A DNA stretch of 64,000 bases from Thermodesulfobacteriota bacterium (GCA_049513055.1 JBEKWN010000009.1:3789-67788); one strand, 5' to 3'; positions 9,655-20,108 are shown, numbered from the stretch's first letter. The notes: generated from the sequence alone by a model not told the origin. Made by a program: numbers and translations.

Positions 9655-9906
9655 AGGCTGCTGAAAAAAGCCCATCTGCTGCGTTTCCCTCGTCCTCGCC
9701 CTGTTAGACGAGCAGCTAGATTTTGGAGAGAATCAATGAAGATATCAGCTTTCAAATGGCTGCAAAACCAATCAGGATTCTATCTAACAGGGCAAGTCGT
9801 TGCGGCATACGTCCAAGTACGCCTCACCCCTCAGGATTTCGGGAGCCCCCTCGAGCGGGATTTCGAAAAGCTCAACTTGCATCTAGACATTTTTGAGCAG
9901 CCTGGG
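9655..9906. repeat. MITE-like inverted-repeat element in the comEC / acyl-CoA dehydrogenase intergenic region
   Basis: The terminal inverted repeats are AGGCTGCTGAAAAAAG (9655-) and its complement CATTTTTGAGCAGCCT (-9906). An inner inverted pair GCCCTGTTAG / CTAACAGGGC lies between them. Confidence 0.35.
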
Positions 9907-9919
9907 GGAAATCACTTTT

Positions 9920-11062
9920 TCAACAACCTTTTAGTAATTGTTGAGCCACCAGCCACCGCTGAATCTGATTGGCTCCTTCATAAATCTGAGTGACCTTGGC
10001 ATCCCGCATCATCCGCTCCACAGGATAATCTTTCATATATCCATAACCTCCGAGGATCTGGACGGCATCGGTGGTCACTTTCATGGCGATTTCAGAGGCG
10101 AAGTATTTCGAAATGGCTGAGAGTTTTTCTGTGTCTTCAAGTTTTTCATCAATCTGAAAAGCTGCCTTATAGACCAGGGCTCGAGCGGCTTCCACTCGGG
10201 TGGCCATATCGGCGATCATGAATTGAATCGCTTGAAATGAGGAGATGGGTTTCCCAAACTGGATCCGTTCATTGGCATAGTGAATGGCGAAGTCAAGGGC
10301 TCCCTGGGCAATTCCTACTGCCTGCGCTCCAATGGCTGGTCTCGACATGTTGAGCGTATTCATCGCGATTTTCCAACCCTCTCCTTCCTCTCCGAGACGA
10401 TTTTCTTGAGGCACCCGACAGTTTTCAAAGATCACATCCGTCGTCACGGAACCCCTCATCCCGATCTTTTCTTCCCTCTTCCCGAAAAGAAGGCCAGCCG
10501 TTCCATCTTCCACTATGAAAGCAGAAATTCCTTCTGCTCCATGTTTTGGGTGGGTCACAACAAAGACAGAGTAAAATTTGGCCAGGCTCCCATGGGTAAC
10601 GAAACATTTACGCCCGTTGATCAGGTAACCCTTTCCTTGTTTTTCAGCTATCGTCTTGATAGAGGAAACTTCTGATTCTCCTTCCGGTTCTTTTAGCGCA
10701 AAAGCGGTGAAGCTGTTCTTCTCGAAGATCTCTGTGAAATAGAGATCTTTTTGGGAAGAATTCCCCCCTAATAAAATGGGTAGGGACCCGAGCCCCTGGG
10801 CCAGGATGATGAGAGATGAGGAACCGCAAACCTTTGCAATCTCTTCAACGACGATACAGAATGAGGTCAGGTTTCCATCGGTCCCCCCATATTGTTCAGG
10901 GAGGAGAAGGGAGAGAAAACCCTGTTTACCAAAGGCCTCTACCAAATCCCAGGGAAATTCTCCAGTGGCGTCGATCTTCGCTGCCCGGGGCCGGACAATC
11001 CTTTGGGCGGTTTTTTCGGCGGCAGCCCTGATCATTTGTCTCTCTTTTTCTATATCTTTCAT
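9920..11062 (-). CDS. acyl-CoA dehydrogenase
   Basis: 380 aa with ACAD N/M/C domain signatures ([23 protein letters not shown]). Confidence 0.9.
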   Translation of the reverse strand: MKDIEKERQMIRAAAEKTAQRIVRPRAAKIDATGEFPWDLVEAFGKQGFLSLLLPEQYGGTDGNLTSFCIVVEEIAKVCGSSSLIILAQGLGSLPILLGGNSSQKDLYFTEIFEKNSFTAFALKEPEGESEVSSIKTIAEKQGKGYLINGRKCFVTHGSLAKFYSVFVVTHPKHGAEGISAFIVEDGTAGLLFGKREEKIGMRGSVTTDVIFENCRVPQENRLGEEGEGWKIAMNTLNMSRPAIGAQAVGIAQGALDFAIHYANERIQFGKPISSFQAIQFMIADMATRVEAARALVYKAAFQIDEKLEDTEKLSAISKYFASEIAMKVTTDAVQILGGYGYMKDYPVERMMRDAKVTQIYEGANQIQRWLVAQQLLKGC

Positions 11063-11168
11063 TTTGCTTTTATCTGGGAACCATCAGGTGGGGATGTTGT
11101 ATAAACTGTAACGTTAAAAGAGTAGAAATCCTTTGTCAAGAGAAAAGTGGAAGCAGTGATAAAAATAT

Positions 11169-11196
11169 TTGACTTTATAATACAAAATAATATAAT
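11169..11196 (+). promoter_or_regulatory. sigma70-type promoter candidate upstream of rpsU
   Basis: TTGACT (11169-11174), a 16-nt spacer, then TATAAT (11191-11196). Confidence 0.4.
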
Positions 11197-11236
11197 AAGC
11201 TTTTTAAAATAATTCATGGGAGGAGGGGAAAAATGG

Positions 11237-11440
11237 ATGCCAGGGATTAAAATTAAAGAAAACGAATCTTTTGAGAATGCACTCAGGCGGTTTAAAAAAC
11301 AGGTAGAAAAGACGGGGATATTGTCAGAGATTCGGAAAAGGGAGCATTTCGAGAAGCCCAGCATAAAAAGAAAGAAGAAAGCATTGGCCGCCAAGAAAAG
11401 GGCAATGAAAAGAATGAGAAAAATGACGGAGAGGGGATAG
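11237..11440 (+). CDS. rpsU: 30S ribosomal protein S21
   Basis: [47 protein letters not shown] is the canonical bS21 sequence. GGAGG lies upstream of the ATG at 11237. Confidence 0.9.
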   Translation: MPGIKIKENESFENALRRFKKQVEKTGILSEIRKREHFEKPSIKRKKKALAAKKRAMKRMRKMTERG

Positions 11441-11443
11441 GGG

Positions 11444-11911
11444 ATGAGTTTGGAAGAGAGACTGGTCGAAGAAATGAAACAAGCCATGAAATCCAACGAT
11501 AAGTTGCGACTTTCCACCATCCGGATGATTCGTTCGGCATCGAAAAATAAGGAAATTGAACTGAGAAAGAAGTTGGAGGACGAAGATGTGGTGAAGGTGA
11601 TCCAGGCGATGGTGAGAAAGGGTGAGGAGTCTGTTGAACAATTTCAAGCAGGTGGACGGATGGACCTGGTCGAGAAGGAGAAAAAAGAGATAGAAATATT
11701 AAAATCCTTTTTACCTCAACCCCTTAGCCAGGAAGAAGTATTAAAGATCATTGATCAAAGTATTCAAGAGACCCAAGCTTCGTCCCTAAAGGACATAGGA
11801 AAAGTGATGAAATCAGTCATGCCAAAAATTGGGGGGAAAACCGACGGAAAACTGATCAATCAATTGGTGAAAGAAAGGCTTTCCCCATCAATTCCTCCTT
11901 TTGATAGGTAA
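11444..11911 (+). CDS. GatB/YqeY domain-containing protein
   Basis: LEERL.EEMKQAMKSNDKLRLSTIRMIRSA.KN.EIE matches the N-terminus of the YqeY family. Confidence 0.85.
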   Translation: MSLEERLVEEMKQAMKSNDKLRLSTIRMIRSASKNKEIELRKKLEDEDVVKVIQAMVRKGEESVEQFQAGGRMDLVEKEKKEIEILKSFLPQPLSQEEVLKIIDQSIQETQASSLKDIGKVMKSVMPKIGGKTDGKLINQLVKERLSPSIPPFDR

Positions 11912-11934
11912 TCCAATTCCCTTTTCCACGCTTT

Positions 11935-14286
11935 ATGGATGATCATTCCCTCAAGCTTTTAGAGTTCTATCATTTATTAGATATCTTGAAACAATATTCC
12001 ATCTCCCCCTTAGGTCGAAAACGCTGTGAAGCCTTGAGACCTTCCAAAGACCTTCCTTTGATCCAATCCAGATTAGCCGAGGTGATGGAACTTAAAAAAA
12101 TCCTGGAAACAGAGGGAGAAATCCCCCTCAGAGGGTTGAAAGATATTGAGGGAATTTTAAATAAATTAGAAATCGAGGGATCCATTCTTGACGTTCAAGA
12201 ATTATTAGATAGTTATCAGCAAATGGTGTTGTGTAAAGGGCTCCGGCGATTCTTCCAAAAGATGGAGAATGTCAAGGCCCCTCATCTTCAGGAGAAGATC
12301 TCCAGGCTCTCTTACCAAAAGGCGTTGGAGAAAGAAATCCTTCAGGCGATCAATACAAAAGGTGAGATTCTCGACCGAGCCAGCCCAGCCCTTTTAGATA
12401 TCCGCCATCGGCTGGGAGTGGTTAGAGAAAAAGCAAAGGGAGTGCTCGAGACCCTTCTTCATCAAGAAAACCTTCAGCCAATCTTTCAAGAACACTTCAT
12501 TACTTTAAGAAATGGGCGATATGTTCTTCTCATCAAATCCGATTTCAAAAATCGGCTGGAAGGGATCATTCATGATCAGTCCCAAAGCCGGATGACTTTC
12601 TTCTTTGAACCCCTTCAAGCGGTTGCTCTCAATAATGAGATCAATATCCTCATGGGAGAGGAAAAGGAGGAGGAATATCGAATTCTGGCAGATCTTTCAG
12701 ATAAGGTCCGAGAGGAAAGACAAAACTTATGGAATGACTATGAGATATTAGGAGAACTGGACCTCCTCTATGCGATGGCAAAGCTCTCCTTCCAGTTGAA
12801 GGGGGTTTCTCCTCTCTTGAGTGAGGAGGGGAGGATTGAGATGAGGGAGGCCCGGAATCCTCTTCTCATGCTTCAACGTGAAGATCAGGTGGTTCCCATC
12901 CACCTCCGGATGGGAGATAGGATTAGAGTTCTCATCGTGAGTGGAGCGAATGCAGGGGGGAAAACCGTTGCGTTGAAGACATTGGGACTTCTTACCTTGA
13001 TGGTTCAATCTGGCCTTCCCATCCCTGTGGCAGAGGGGAGCCAGGTTGGAGTTTTCCAAGACATCTTTGCGGTGATCGGCGATGAACAGAATATCGAAGA
13101 AAATCTGAGCACCTTCTCTAGCCATCTCCTCCATGTGAACCAAATCTTAGAAAAAGCAGGGCCAAAGTCCCTCGTCCTTTTAGATGAACTGGGAGTGGGA
13201 ACCCATGCCCAGGAGGGATGTGCTCTGGCCATGGGTTTTTTGGATCAATTCCGAGAGAGCGGAGCCTCGGTGGTGGTCACCACTCACTTCGATCGGCTCA
13301 AGGCTTATGGATACCTTCATCCAGATGTGGAGAATGTGGCTGTTGAGTTTGATGAAGAGACTTTGGAGCCCCAATATACACTCGCCTATGGATCGTCAGG
13401 GTTGAGCAATGCCTTTTTAATTGCTGAGAAACTGGGTATCTCAGAAAAGGTCCTCGAAGCGGCCCATACTTATCAGGATGGGAGTGGTGAGGAAGTGACA
13501 CGAGCCCTGGAGATACTGGAAAGGTTGAAGTCTGATGCGGAAAAAGAGCGACTTGAGTTTTTTAAAGTGAAGGAGGAAGTTGGGCTTGAACGCCAGAGAC
13601 TGAAAAAAATAGTGGAGACGATCAAGGAACGGAGACTGGAGGTTTATTCCAAGGCTGAGGAGAAGGCGAGAAAGGCGGTCCAGAAGATAGAAGAAGAGTT
13701 GAAGGAATGGGTTCGTCGCAGAAAAGAGGAAAGGGCCCCTCTGAGTCTTCAGCGTAAAGAACTCCAGGAGATCAAGGAGAAATTTCTCCCATCCATCAGA
13801 AAAAAAGGACATCGTGCTATATTGAGTGGCTTGAAGGTAGGGGAACGTGTTAGAATTGAGAGCCTTCGAAGCGATGGGATTCTGATGAATGTCGTAGAAC
13901 CATTGAATCGAGCAGAGGTATTGACGGATAAGGCCAAAGTTAAAGCCCCCCTCTCTGAGATCGTCCAGGTGACGGAGGAAAAAGAGAAAAAGGAGACAGG
14001 GATTCAAAAAGGCCACCCCCTTTTAAAAGGGGGTGGCGAGGAGCCCTTCTCTGAATTAAATGTCATTGGTCTAACCGTAGAGGATGCCCTTCCAAAGGTC
14101 GATAAATTCATCGATCAAGCCCTCCTCCATGGATTGGAGAAAATTTATATTATTCATGGGGTGGGTTCTGGGAGGTTGCGAAATGCAATCAGTCAATACC
14201 TGAATGGACATCGGGCTGTGAAAAGTTTTTCTCCTGGGGAAACGATGAAGGGTGGTCGTGGGATCACGATCGTGGAATTGAGGTAA
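11935..14286 (+). CDS. mutS2: endonuclease MutS2 (MutS domain V ATPase + C-terminal Smr domain)
   Basis: Walker A SGANAGGKT, LLDELGVGT, and a C-terminal Smr domain (IIHGVGSGRLR). Confidence 0.9.
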   Translation: MDDHSLKLLEFYHLLDILKQYSISPLGRKRCEALRPSKDLPLIQSRLAEVMELKKILETEGEIPLRGLKDIEGILNKLEIEGSILDVQELLDSYQQMVLCKGLRRFFQKMENVKAPHLQEKISRLSYQKALEKEILQAINTKGEILDRASPALLDIRHRLGVVREKAKGVLETLLHQENLQPIFQEHFITLRNGRYVLLIKSDFKNRLEGIIHDQSQSRMTFFFEPLQAVALNNEINILMGEEKEEEYRILADLSDKVREERQNLWNDYEILGELDLLYAMAKLSFQLKGVSPLLSEEGRIEMREARNPLLMLQREDQVVPIHLRMGDRIRVLIVSGANAGGKTVALKTLGLLTLMVQSGLPIPVAEGSQVGVFQDIFAVIGDEQNIEENLSTFSSHLLHVNQILEKAGPKSLVLLDELGVGTHAQEGCALAMGFLDQFRESGASVVVTTHFDRLKAYGYLHPDVENVAVEFDEETLEPQYTLAYGSSGLSNAFLIAEKLGISEKVLEAAHTYQDGSGEEVTRALEILERLKSDAEKERLEFFKVKEEVGLERQRLKKIVETIKERRLEVYSKAEEKARKAVQKIEEELKEWVRRRKEERAPLSLQRKELQEIKEKFLPSIRKKGHRAILSGLKVGERVRIESLRSDGILMNVVEPLNRAEVLTDKAKVKAPLSEIVQVTEEKEKKETGIQKGHPLLKGGGEEPFSELNVIGLTVEDALPKVDKFIDQALLHGLEKIYIIHGVGSGRLRNAISQYLNGHRAVKSFSPGETMKGGRGITIVELR

Positions 14287-14486
14287 ACCCCGTTAGAAAA
14301 GGCAGGGCTTTGACCTCTTCCTCAACAAGAAGCTGAATCGATTTATTATATCATCCCCGCCATAAACCCCGTTAGAAAATACGTGGCTTTCTAACGAGGT
14401 AAGGAATTGAATCTTCATTAATGTCATCCCCCCATAAACGGAGGGGCTTTCTAACGGGGTAAATGGCAGGGCTTTCTTACGGGGTA
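14285..14486. repeat. cluster of 13-nt motif ACCCCGTTAGAAA / TTTCTAACGGGGT in both orientations
   Basis: Forward copies are at about 14287 and 14367. Inverted copies are at about 14388, 14448 and 14474. GGCAGGGCTTT occurs twice. The last copies overlap the annotated dnaG start. Confidence 0.45.
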
Positions 14487-16295
14487 AATCGTTTGGCCAT
14501 TGGAATTTTATCTGAAGAGAAGGTTTCGGAAATTCGGGACCGGTCCAGCATTCTGGAAGTCGTCTCAGATTATGTGGCCCTTAAAAAGACTGGAAAAAAC
14601 TATAAGGGGCTCTGTCCATTCCATTCTGAAAAGACCCCCTCTTTCATGGTCAATGAGGAAAAACAAATTTTTCACTGTTTTGGCTGCGGGGAAGGAGGAG
14701 ATGTCTTTACCTTTTTAATGAAAGTGGGACATTTTTCTTTTCCACAAGCCGTGGAGGAACTGGCAAAACGCTATGGAGTGAAGCTTCCTACCCGTGAACT
14801 TTCTGTGACCCAAAAAAAGGAGATGGCTAAAAGAGAGGTCCTCTTCCAGATCAACCAGATCGCCTCAGAATATTTCCACGATCTCCTGACCAAGCGGCGA
14901 GAGGGCGAGGAGGGAAGGAGGTATTTATCACAAAGGGGGATCAGCCCGGAGGTCATTGCGGAACACCGATTGGGATATTCCATCGACCGTTGGGATGGGT
15001 TGGTGCAGCATCTCCAGGAGAAGAAGGTTTCTCTCGAACTGGCGTGGGAACTGGGTTTGATTTTTCCCAAGAAGAGAGAGGGCTGGTACGATGCTTTTCG
15101 AGGGAGAATCCTCTTTCCCATCTTCGACCTCCATCAACGGGTGGTCGGATTCGGGGGAAGGGTGATTCGAGAAGGACAACCCAAATATCTTAACTCTCCG
15201 GAATCGAGTATCTATCATAAAGGGGAAGTCCTCTATGGGCTCCATGTGGCCAAGCGATATGTTATAGAGAAGGATTGTGTTATCATCGTCGAAGGTTATT
15301 TTGATCTGTTAACCCTCCACCAATATGGATTGAAGCATAGTGTTGCCACCTTAGGAACAGCACTGACCACACAACATATTCGAACCCTAAAGCGATATAC
15401 AAAAAATTTGATCACCATATTTGATGCAGACCAGGCGGGTATCCAGGCCACCCTTCGCTCCCTTCCTCTCTTTTTAGAAGAGGAAGTGGTAGGAAAGACG
15501 ATCGCCCTCCCGCAAGGGGAAGACCCCGACGGGTTTCTAAGAAAAGGAAATTTGGAAGACTTTTGGAAAAGGGCGGAGCGTGCTGTTCCCCTCATCGATT
15601 TCTTTTTTGAACGGTTGATGAAGACCACTGATGTGAAATCTATCGATGGCAAGGTTAGAGTAGCGAAAGAAGGTGTGGCCCTTCTCGGTAAAATCCCAGA
15701 TAAGATTCGAAGAGATTTCTATACGAAGGTTTTAGCGGAGAAGCTGGATGTCAAAGAATCCTTTCTCTATGAGATGCTCCGATCCTCTCCCAAGGAGCCA
15801 TCCAAGGCAGGAGAGGATTTAAGAAAGTCATCCTTGGAGAAAACTTTTCCAAAGGCAGAGGAAATGGTGGTCCGTCTCATGATTCACCATCCTGAAGTCA
15901 TCCCAACCATTTCGAAGGAGGGTATCCTGAAGGAGTTTGAGAGCCCGATCTTGCAAAAAATAGCTGAGGTTCTGGAAGATCTTTATCAGAGAAAAGGAAG
16001 GCTTGACCTGCCAGAGGCCTTAGCCAATGTTGAGGAAGATCTCAAAGGGAAGTTGTGTGAGTTTGCCTTTCAGGAGAGTGGGCTGGAGGGAGGAGATCGA
16101 GGAAAGATCTTACAGGACTGTATCCAAAAGATTCGTGAAAAGGGGTTGAAAAAGGAAAAAGGCGAATTGCTCAAGAGGATTAAAGAGGCGGAGAAACAGC
16201 AAGAGGAAAAAAGGCTGGTCCCTCTTTTAAAGGAACGCCAGGAACTGGCCAAGAGGGAGAAGGGCCTTCAAAAAGATAGTTTTCGGAAAGGGTAA
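14463..16295 (+). CDS. dnaG: DNA primase DnaG
   Basis: Zn-ribbon [16 protein letters not shown] and a Toprim domain ([16 protein letters not shown]). The true start may be a few codons downstream, for example the TTG at 14493. Confidence 0.9.
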   Translation: MAGLSYGVNRLAIGILSEEKVSEIRDRSSILEVVSDYVALKKTGKNYKGLCPFHSEKTPSFMVNEEKQIFHCFGCGEGGDVFTFLMKVGHFSFPQAVEELAKRYGVKLPTRELSVTQKKEMAKREVLFQINQIASEYFHDLLTKRREGEEGRRYLSQRGISPEVIAEHRLGYSIDRWDGLVQHLQEKKVSLELAWELGLIFPKKREGWYDAFRGRILFPIFDLHQRVVGFGGRVIREGQPKYLNSPESSIYHKGEVLYGLHVAKRYVIEKDCVIIVEGYFDLLTLHQYGLKHSVATLGTALTTQHIRTLKRYTKNLITIFDADQAGIQATLRSLPLFLEEEVVGKTIALPQGEDPDGFLRKGNLEDFWKRAERAVPLIDFFFERLMKTTDVKSIDGKVRVAKEGVALLGKIPDKIRRDFYTKVLAEKLDVKESFLYEMLRSSPKEPSKAGEDLRKSSLEKTFPKAEEMVVRLMIHHPEVIPTISKEGILKEFESPILQKIAEVLEDLYQRKGRLDLPEALANVEEDLKGKLCEFAFQESGLEGGDRGKILQDCIQKIREKGLKKEKGELLKRIKEAEKQQEEKRLVPLLKERQELAKREKGLQKDSFRKG

Positions 16296-16306
16296 GAGAG
16301 AGGTTA

Positions 16307-18103
16307 ATGGCGAAGGGAGGAAAGATCAAAGAGGTTGAGCAGCAATTGATTAATATGGAAGGGGAGAAGGGATTTCTGACCTTCGATGAGACGAATGATA
16401 TCCCTCCCAATGATATCGTCTCCTCTGATCAGATTGATGATGTCCTCATGATGTTCGACGAAATGGACATCGATGTGGTGGATGATCTCCAGGGATTGAA
16501 AGTGGAGGAAGAGAAGGCCGTGGAGAAGGAAGAGGAGGAAGGCGATGGATTGGAGATGGAGACCTTTGGCAGGGCCACAGACCCCGTCCGGATGTATCTC
16601 CGCGAGATGGGATCGGTTTCTCTCCTTACCCGAGAAGGAGAAGTGGAGATTGCTAAAAGAATTGAAAGCGGTAAAAAAGAAGTGCTGAGCGTCGTCTTGA
16701 ACTGTCCCATGGCGGTTAAAGAGGTCATCAATCTAAGCAATTCAATTAAGGCTGGAAAGGTGGAGATCCGGGAAGTGACCAATGAAATCGACGAGGAGGA
16801 GGCCAGTTTTGAGGAAGAACAGATCCAGAAGAAAAAGATTTTAGAACTCATCGAGAAGATTAAGCGAAAAGATGAAGACCTTCGAGGACTCCTGAAAGGG
16901 AAGGCCGTGTCGAAGAGAAAGGTTCAGAAACAGATTAAGAAGAAACAAAAGGAGATGAAGAAAAAACAGAAGGGGATTAAAAAGAAACAAGAAGAGATCA
17001 GAAAGAAGCGAGAAGAGATCCTGGAATTTTTCCACCAGATGAATCTGAGGGACACTCAGATTCATAAGATCGTTCAGAAGATGAAACAGATGCTGAACCG
17101 GGTGGACAAAGGGGAAAACGAAATCAAGAAGATTGAAGATAAGTGGGGGATTTTTGTTCAGGAGGCGCGGACCTATCTGAAGAAGTTGAAGGCAAGGAGT
17201 GTGAGTGAGAAGAAACTTCTTCGAACCCGAAAATTGAGTAAAGTCGATCTCCAAGAAATTTCCCGAGTGGCAATTATTGTCCAAAGGAAGATCCACAAGG
17301 TGGAAACTGAATGTGGTCTAACCGCGGACAAGTTGGCCACAGCGGTCAAGGCCATTGTGGAAGGGGAGACCAAAGCCAAGGAGGCCAAGAGTGAACTGGT
17401 GAAGGCGAACCTGAGGCTGGTCGTCTCCATTGCCAAAAAATATACCAATCGCGGGCTTCAATTCTTAGACCTCATTCAGGAAGGGAATATTGGGTTAATG
17501 AAAGCGGTGGATAAATTTGAATACCAACGAGGTTATAAATTTAGTACCTATGCGACCTGGTGGATCCGACAAGCCATCACACGAGCCATTGCTGATCAGG
17601 CGCGGACCATCCGGATCCCCGTTCACATGATCGAGACGATCAATAAATTGATCCGGACCTCCAGATACCTTGTCCAGGAGATTGGAAGAGAGCCCACTCC
17701 TGAAGAGATTGCTGAGAAAATGGATATGGCTTTGGATAAGGTGAGGAAGGTGTTGAAGATTGCCAAAGAGCCCATCTCCCTTGAAACACCCATCGGTGAG
17801 GAGGAAGATAGCCACTTGGGGGATTTCATCGAAGACAAAGCAGTCATCTCCCCTCAGGAGGCTGTGATCAGCGCCAATTTATCAGAACAAACTCAAAAGG
17901 TCCTTGCCAGTCTCACCCCCCGAGAGGAGAAGGTTTTGAGGATGCGGTTTGGAATTGGGGAAAAATATGACCATACGTTGGAAGAGGTGGGACAGGATTT
18001 TGATGTCACCCGGGAAAGAATCCGACAGATCGAAGCAAAGGCATTGAGGAAATTACGACATCCCAGCCGGGCAAAAAAGTTGAAAAGTTTCCTTGAAACT
18101 TAA
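16307..18103 (+). CDS. rpoD: RNA polymerase sigma factor RpoD (sigma70) with long K/E-rich non-conserved insertion
   Basis: Region 2 ([32 protein letters not shown]) and region 4 ([30 protein letters not shown]) are recognisable. Confidence 0.95.
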   Translation: MAKGGKIKEVEQQLINMEGEKGFLTFDETNDIPPNDIVSSDQIDDVLMMFDEMDIDVVDDLQGLKVEEEKAVEKEEEEGDGLEMETFGRATDPVRMYLREMGSVSLLTREGEVEIAKRIESGKKEVLSVVLNCPMAVKEVINLSNSIKAGKVEIREVTNEIDEEEASFEEEQIQKKKILELIEKIKRKDEDLRGLLKGKAVSKRKVQKQIKKKQKEMKKKQKGIKKKQEEIRKKREEILEFFHQMNLRDTQIHKIVQKMKQMLNRVDKGENEIKKIEDKWGIFVQEARTYLKKLKARSVSEKKLLRTRKLSKVDLQEISRVAIIVQRKIHKVETECGLTADKLATAVKAIVEGETKAKEAKSELVKANLRLVVSIAKKYTNRGLQFLDLIQEGNIGLMKAVDKFEYQRGYKFSTYATWWIRQAITRAIADQARTIRIPVHMIETINKLIRTSRYLVQEIGREPTPEEIAEKMDMALDKVRKVLKIAKEPISLETPIGEEEDSHLGDFIEDKAVISPQEAVISANLSEQTQKVLASLTPREEKVLRMRFGIGEKYDHTLEEVGQDFDVTRERIRQIEAKALRKLRHPSRAKKLKSFLET

Positions 18104-18125
18104 TAATTTCAGAGAGATTAGTTCG

Positions 18126-18144
18126 CCTGCCTGCCGCAGGCAGG
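18126..18144 (+). terminator. GC-rich hairpin after rpoD
   Basis: CCTGCCTG / CAGGCAGG form an 8-bp stem with a 3-nt loop. There is no strong U-tract. Confidence 0.35.
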
Positions 18145-18180
18145 GAGTTCTTAGTTTTAAACTCTAAACTCAATGCAGGG

Positions 18181-18208
18181 TTGACACCCTTGGGGGATAA
18201 CATATAAT
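18181..18208 (+). promoter_or_regulatory. consensus sigma70 promoter for tRNA-Met
   Basis: TTGACA (18181-18186), a 16-nt spacer, then TATAAT (18203-18208). The tRNA 5' end lies 8 nt downstream. Confidence 0.6.
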
Positions 18209-18215
18209 AAGGATA

Positions 18216-18291
18216 GGGCCCATAGCTCAGCTGGAAGAGCCACCGGCTCATAACCGGTAGGTCCCTGGTTCGAACCCAGGTGGGCCCACCA
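18216..18291 (+). tRNA. tRNA-Met (anticodon CAT; could alternatively be tRNA-Ile2 if lysidine-modified), CCA encoded
   Basis: The acceptor stem is GGGCCCA/TGGGCCC. It has AGCTCAGCTGG in the D-loop, the anticodon loop CTCATAA, GGTTCGAACCC in the T-arm and a 3' ACCA. Confidence 0.9.
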
Positions 18292-18433
18292 GGAAAGAGG
18301 AAAATTTCTTATGCACTCCTTGTGGATAAAAGAAAGGATGCTCCGTGAGTGTGGACGGGACAAGAAGAGTGCACTCCTTTGGTGCACTCTTCTTGTTTGG
18401 GGACAAACCATTTAAGATTTATTCCTGCAAAAT

Positions 18434-19174
18434 TTGTCAGATAGGAGGGGACTGTTGAGGGAACAATTAGAATTGGTTTGGGAACTTCAAAAAATTGATC
18501 TTGAGCTGAAGAGTATTAAGGAAGAAAAAGATCGGTATCCCAAAGAGATGAAAAAGTTGGATGAAAAACAGAAGATCGAGAAGGAGAGGATTCAGAAGGA
18601 GAAAGAAAAGGTCGAATCCTTAGAGAAGACACGGAGGCAGAAAGAGGGGCATCTCAACTTGGAGCAAGAAAAAATCAAGCGGGCAGAAGGAAAGATGTCT
18701 GAAGTGAAGACCAACAAAGAGTATCAGGCCCTCCTCAGCGAAATCGATGCCATCAAGGAAGCGAACAGCCGGTTGGAAGAAGAGATCCTCCAAGTGATGG
18801 ATGAAATCGACGAGCTCAAGAAGGATCTCTTAAAAAGGGAAAAGGAAGTGGGGGTTACCTTGGAAAAGATTGAAGTGGAGCGAAAAAAGCTTCAGGAAAA
18901 GATGGCCCATGACGAGAAGGCCTGGAACGAACAGATGGAACGAAGGGAGGTCCTTTCTAAACAGATCGAATCCAAACTGTTCAAACTCTATAATACTTTG
19001 AAGGAAAAAAGACAGGGGGTGGGTGTGGTCAGCGCGAAGAATGAGACCTGCCAAGGCTGTTTTGTAAACGTTCCCCCTCAAATGTTCATCGAGGTTCAAA
19101 AAAACAATGCCCTCATTCGGTGTCCCAACTGTAATCGAATTCTCTATTGGGATGGAGATCGAAATACAAAATGA
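18434..19174 (+). CDS. coiled-coil zinc-ribbon protein (DUF164/COG1579 family)
   Basis: Long K/E coiled coil with a C-terminal CQGC....CPNC zinc ribbon. Confidence 0.7.
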   Translation: MSDRRGLLREQLELVWELQKIDLELKSIKEEKDRYPKEMKKLDEKQKIEKERIQKEKEKVESLEKTRRQKEGHLNLEQEKIKRAEGKMSEVKTNKEYQALLSEIDAIKEANSRLEEEILQVMDEIDELKKDLLKREKEVGVTLEKIEVERKKLQEKMAHDEKAWNEQMERREVLSKQIESKLFKLYNTLKEKRQGVGVVSAKNETCQGCFVNVPPQMFIEVQKNNALIRCPNCNRILYWDGDRNTK

Positions 19175-19647
19175 AATCCTTGGGGCGAGAAGATCGATTG
19201 ATCATTTATATTGATGGGGCCTCCAGAGGAAATCCAGGAAGGGCAGGGGCGGGGATTTGGATTACGAATGGAGAAGGGAGAAAAATTTCGGAGGTGAGCC
19301 GATATCTCGGCACCAAGACGAATAATGAGGCAGAATATTGGGCCCTTCTTTTAGGACTGAGGGAGGCAAAGCGATTGGGGGGGGAGGCCCTCCAAATCTT
19401 CACGGATTCAGAATTAGTCGAAAGACAAATTAAAGGGGTCTATCGCGTGAAGGATTTAAATTTAAAGGTCCTCCACAAAACAGTGCTCCAGAATTTAAAA
19501 ACATTTTCATCCTTTGAAATCGAATCCATCCCAAGGGAAGGAAATAAAGAAGCAGACCGTTTGGCGAACCAGGCGATCCAGAGGAGGATTTCAAAGGAAA
19601 AAGGAAAGGAGGGGAGTCGAAGGGGAACAGATGGTCGCTCCTCCTGA
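19171..19647 (+). CDS. rnhA: ribonuclease HI
   Basis: IYIDGASRGNPG.AG, TNNEAEY.ALL.GL, IFTDSELV and NKEADRLAN carry the DEDD catalytic residues. The ATG at 19171 overlaps the upstream stop (ATGA). Confidence 0.8.
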   Translation: MKSLGREDRLIIYIDGASRGNPGRAGAGIWITNGEGRKISEVSRYLGTKTNNEAEYWALLLGLREAKRLGGEALQIFTDSELVERQIKGVYRVKDLNLKVLHKTVLQNLKTFSSFEIESIPREGNKEADRLANQAIQRRISKEKGKEGSRRGTDGRSS

Positions 19648-20108
19648 GATCACGCGAAGCGGGAAACCAGGAGGGGAGGAAAGTCCGAGCTCCGCAGGGC
19701 AGGGTGGTCCGTAATACGGACTGTCCCGGAATTCTGCAGGGCAGAATTCCGGGGTAAGGAGAGTGCCACAGAAAACATACCGTCCTGTGAAATAGGCGTA
19801 ACTACCATTTCGTAGGATAAGGGTGAAAAGGTGAGGTAAGAGCTCACCAGTACCCTGAGCGATTGGGGTAGCTAGGTAAACCCCACCTGGAGCAAGACCA
19901 AATAGGTTCCGCTTCCCCCCGCCGCAGGCGGGGGGATAAGAAAAGCCCATTCAAATTTGTTCCGAGGCAATTGCATCGGGACAAAGGCGGGACGGGTGAG
20001 GTCGCTTGAGACCTTGAGCAATCAAGGCCCTAGATAAATGACCATCCTCCCGATTCCCGCTGAAAAGCGGGATCGGGATGACAGAACTCGGCTTATGGTC
20101 CCCTTCGA
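19617..20108 (+). ncRNA. rnpB: RNase P RNA (bacterial type A)
   Basis: Conserved GAGGAAAGTCCGAGCTCC is near the 5' end and ACAGAACTCGGCTTAT is near the 3' end. A P1 helix can form between TCGAAGGGGA (19617-) and TCCCCTTCGA (-20108). The ends are approximate. Confidence 0.85.

Noticed and set aside
9736-9993. 85-aa plus-strand ORF
   Set aside because: It lies within the inverted-repeat element and overlaps the 3' end of the acyl-CoA dehydrogenase gene on the other strand. It has no RBS.
7755-11111. Many 60-130-aa ORFs antisense to or out of frame with comEC and the acyl-CoA dehydrogenase gene
   Set aside because: They are embedded in long, well-supported genes and have low-complexity translations.
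16860-17300. Repetitive AAG/AAA/GAA-rich DNA inside rpoD
   Set aside because: It is in frame and falls in the known non-conserved region between sigma regions 1.2 and 2. It is low-complexity coding sequence, not a mobile insertion.
19591-19950. 119-aa and 65-aa minus-strand ORFs
   Set aside because: They lie entirely inside the RNase P RNA gene. The GC-rich structured RNA gives open frames by chance.
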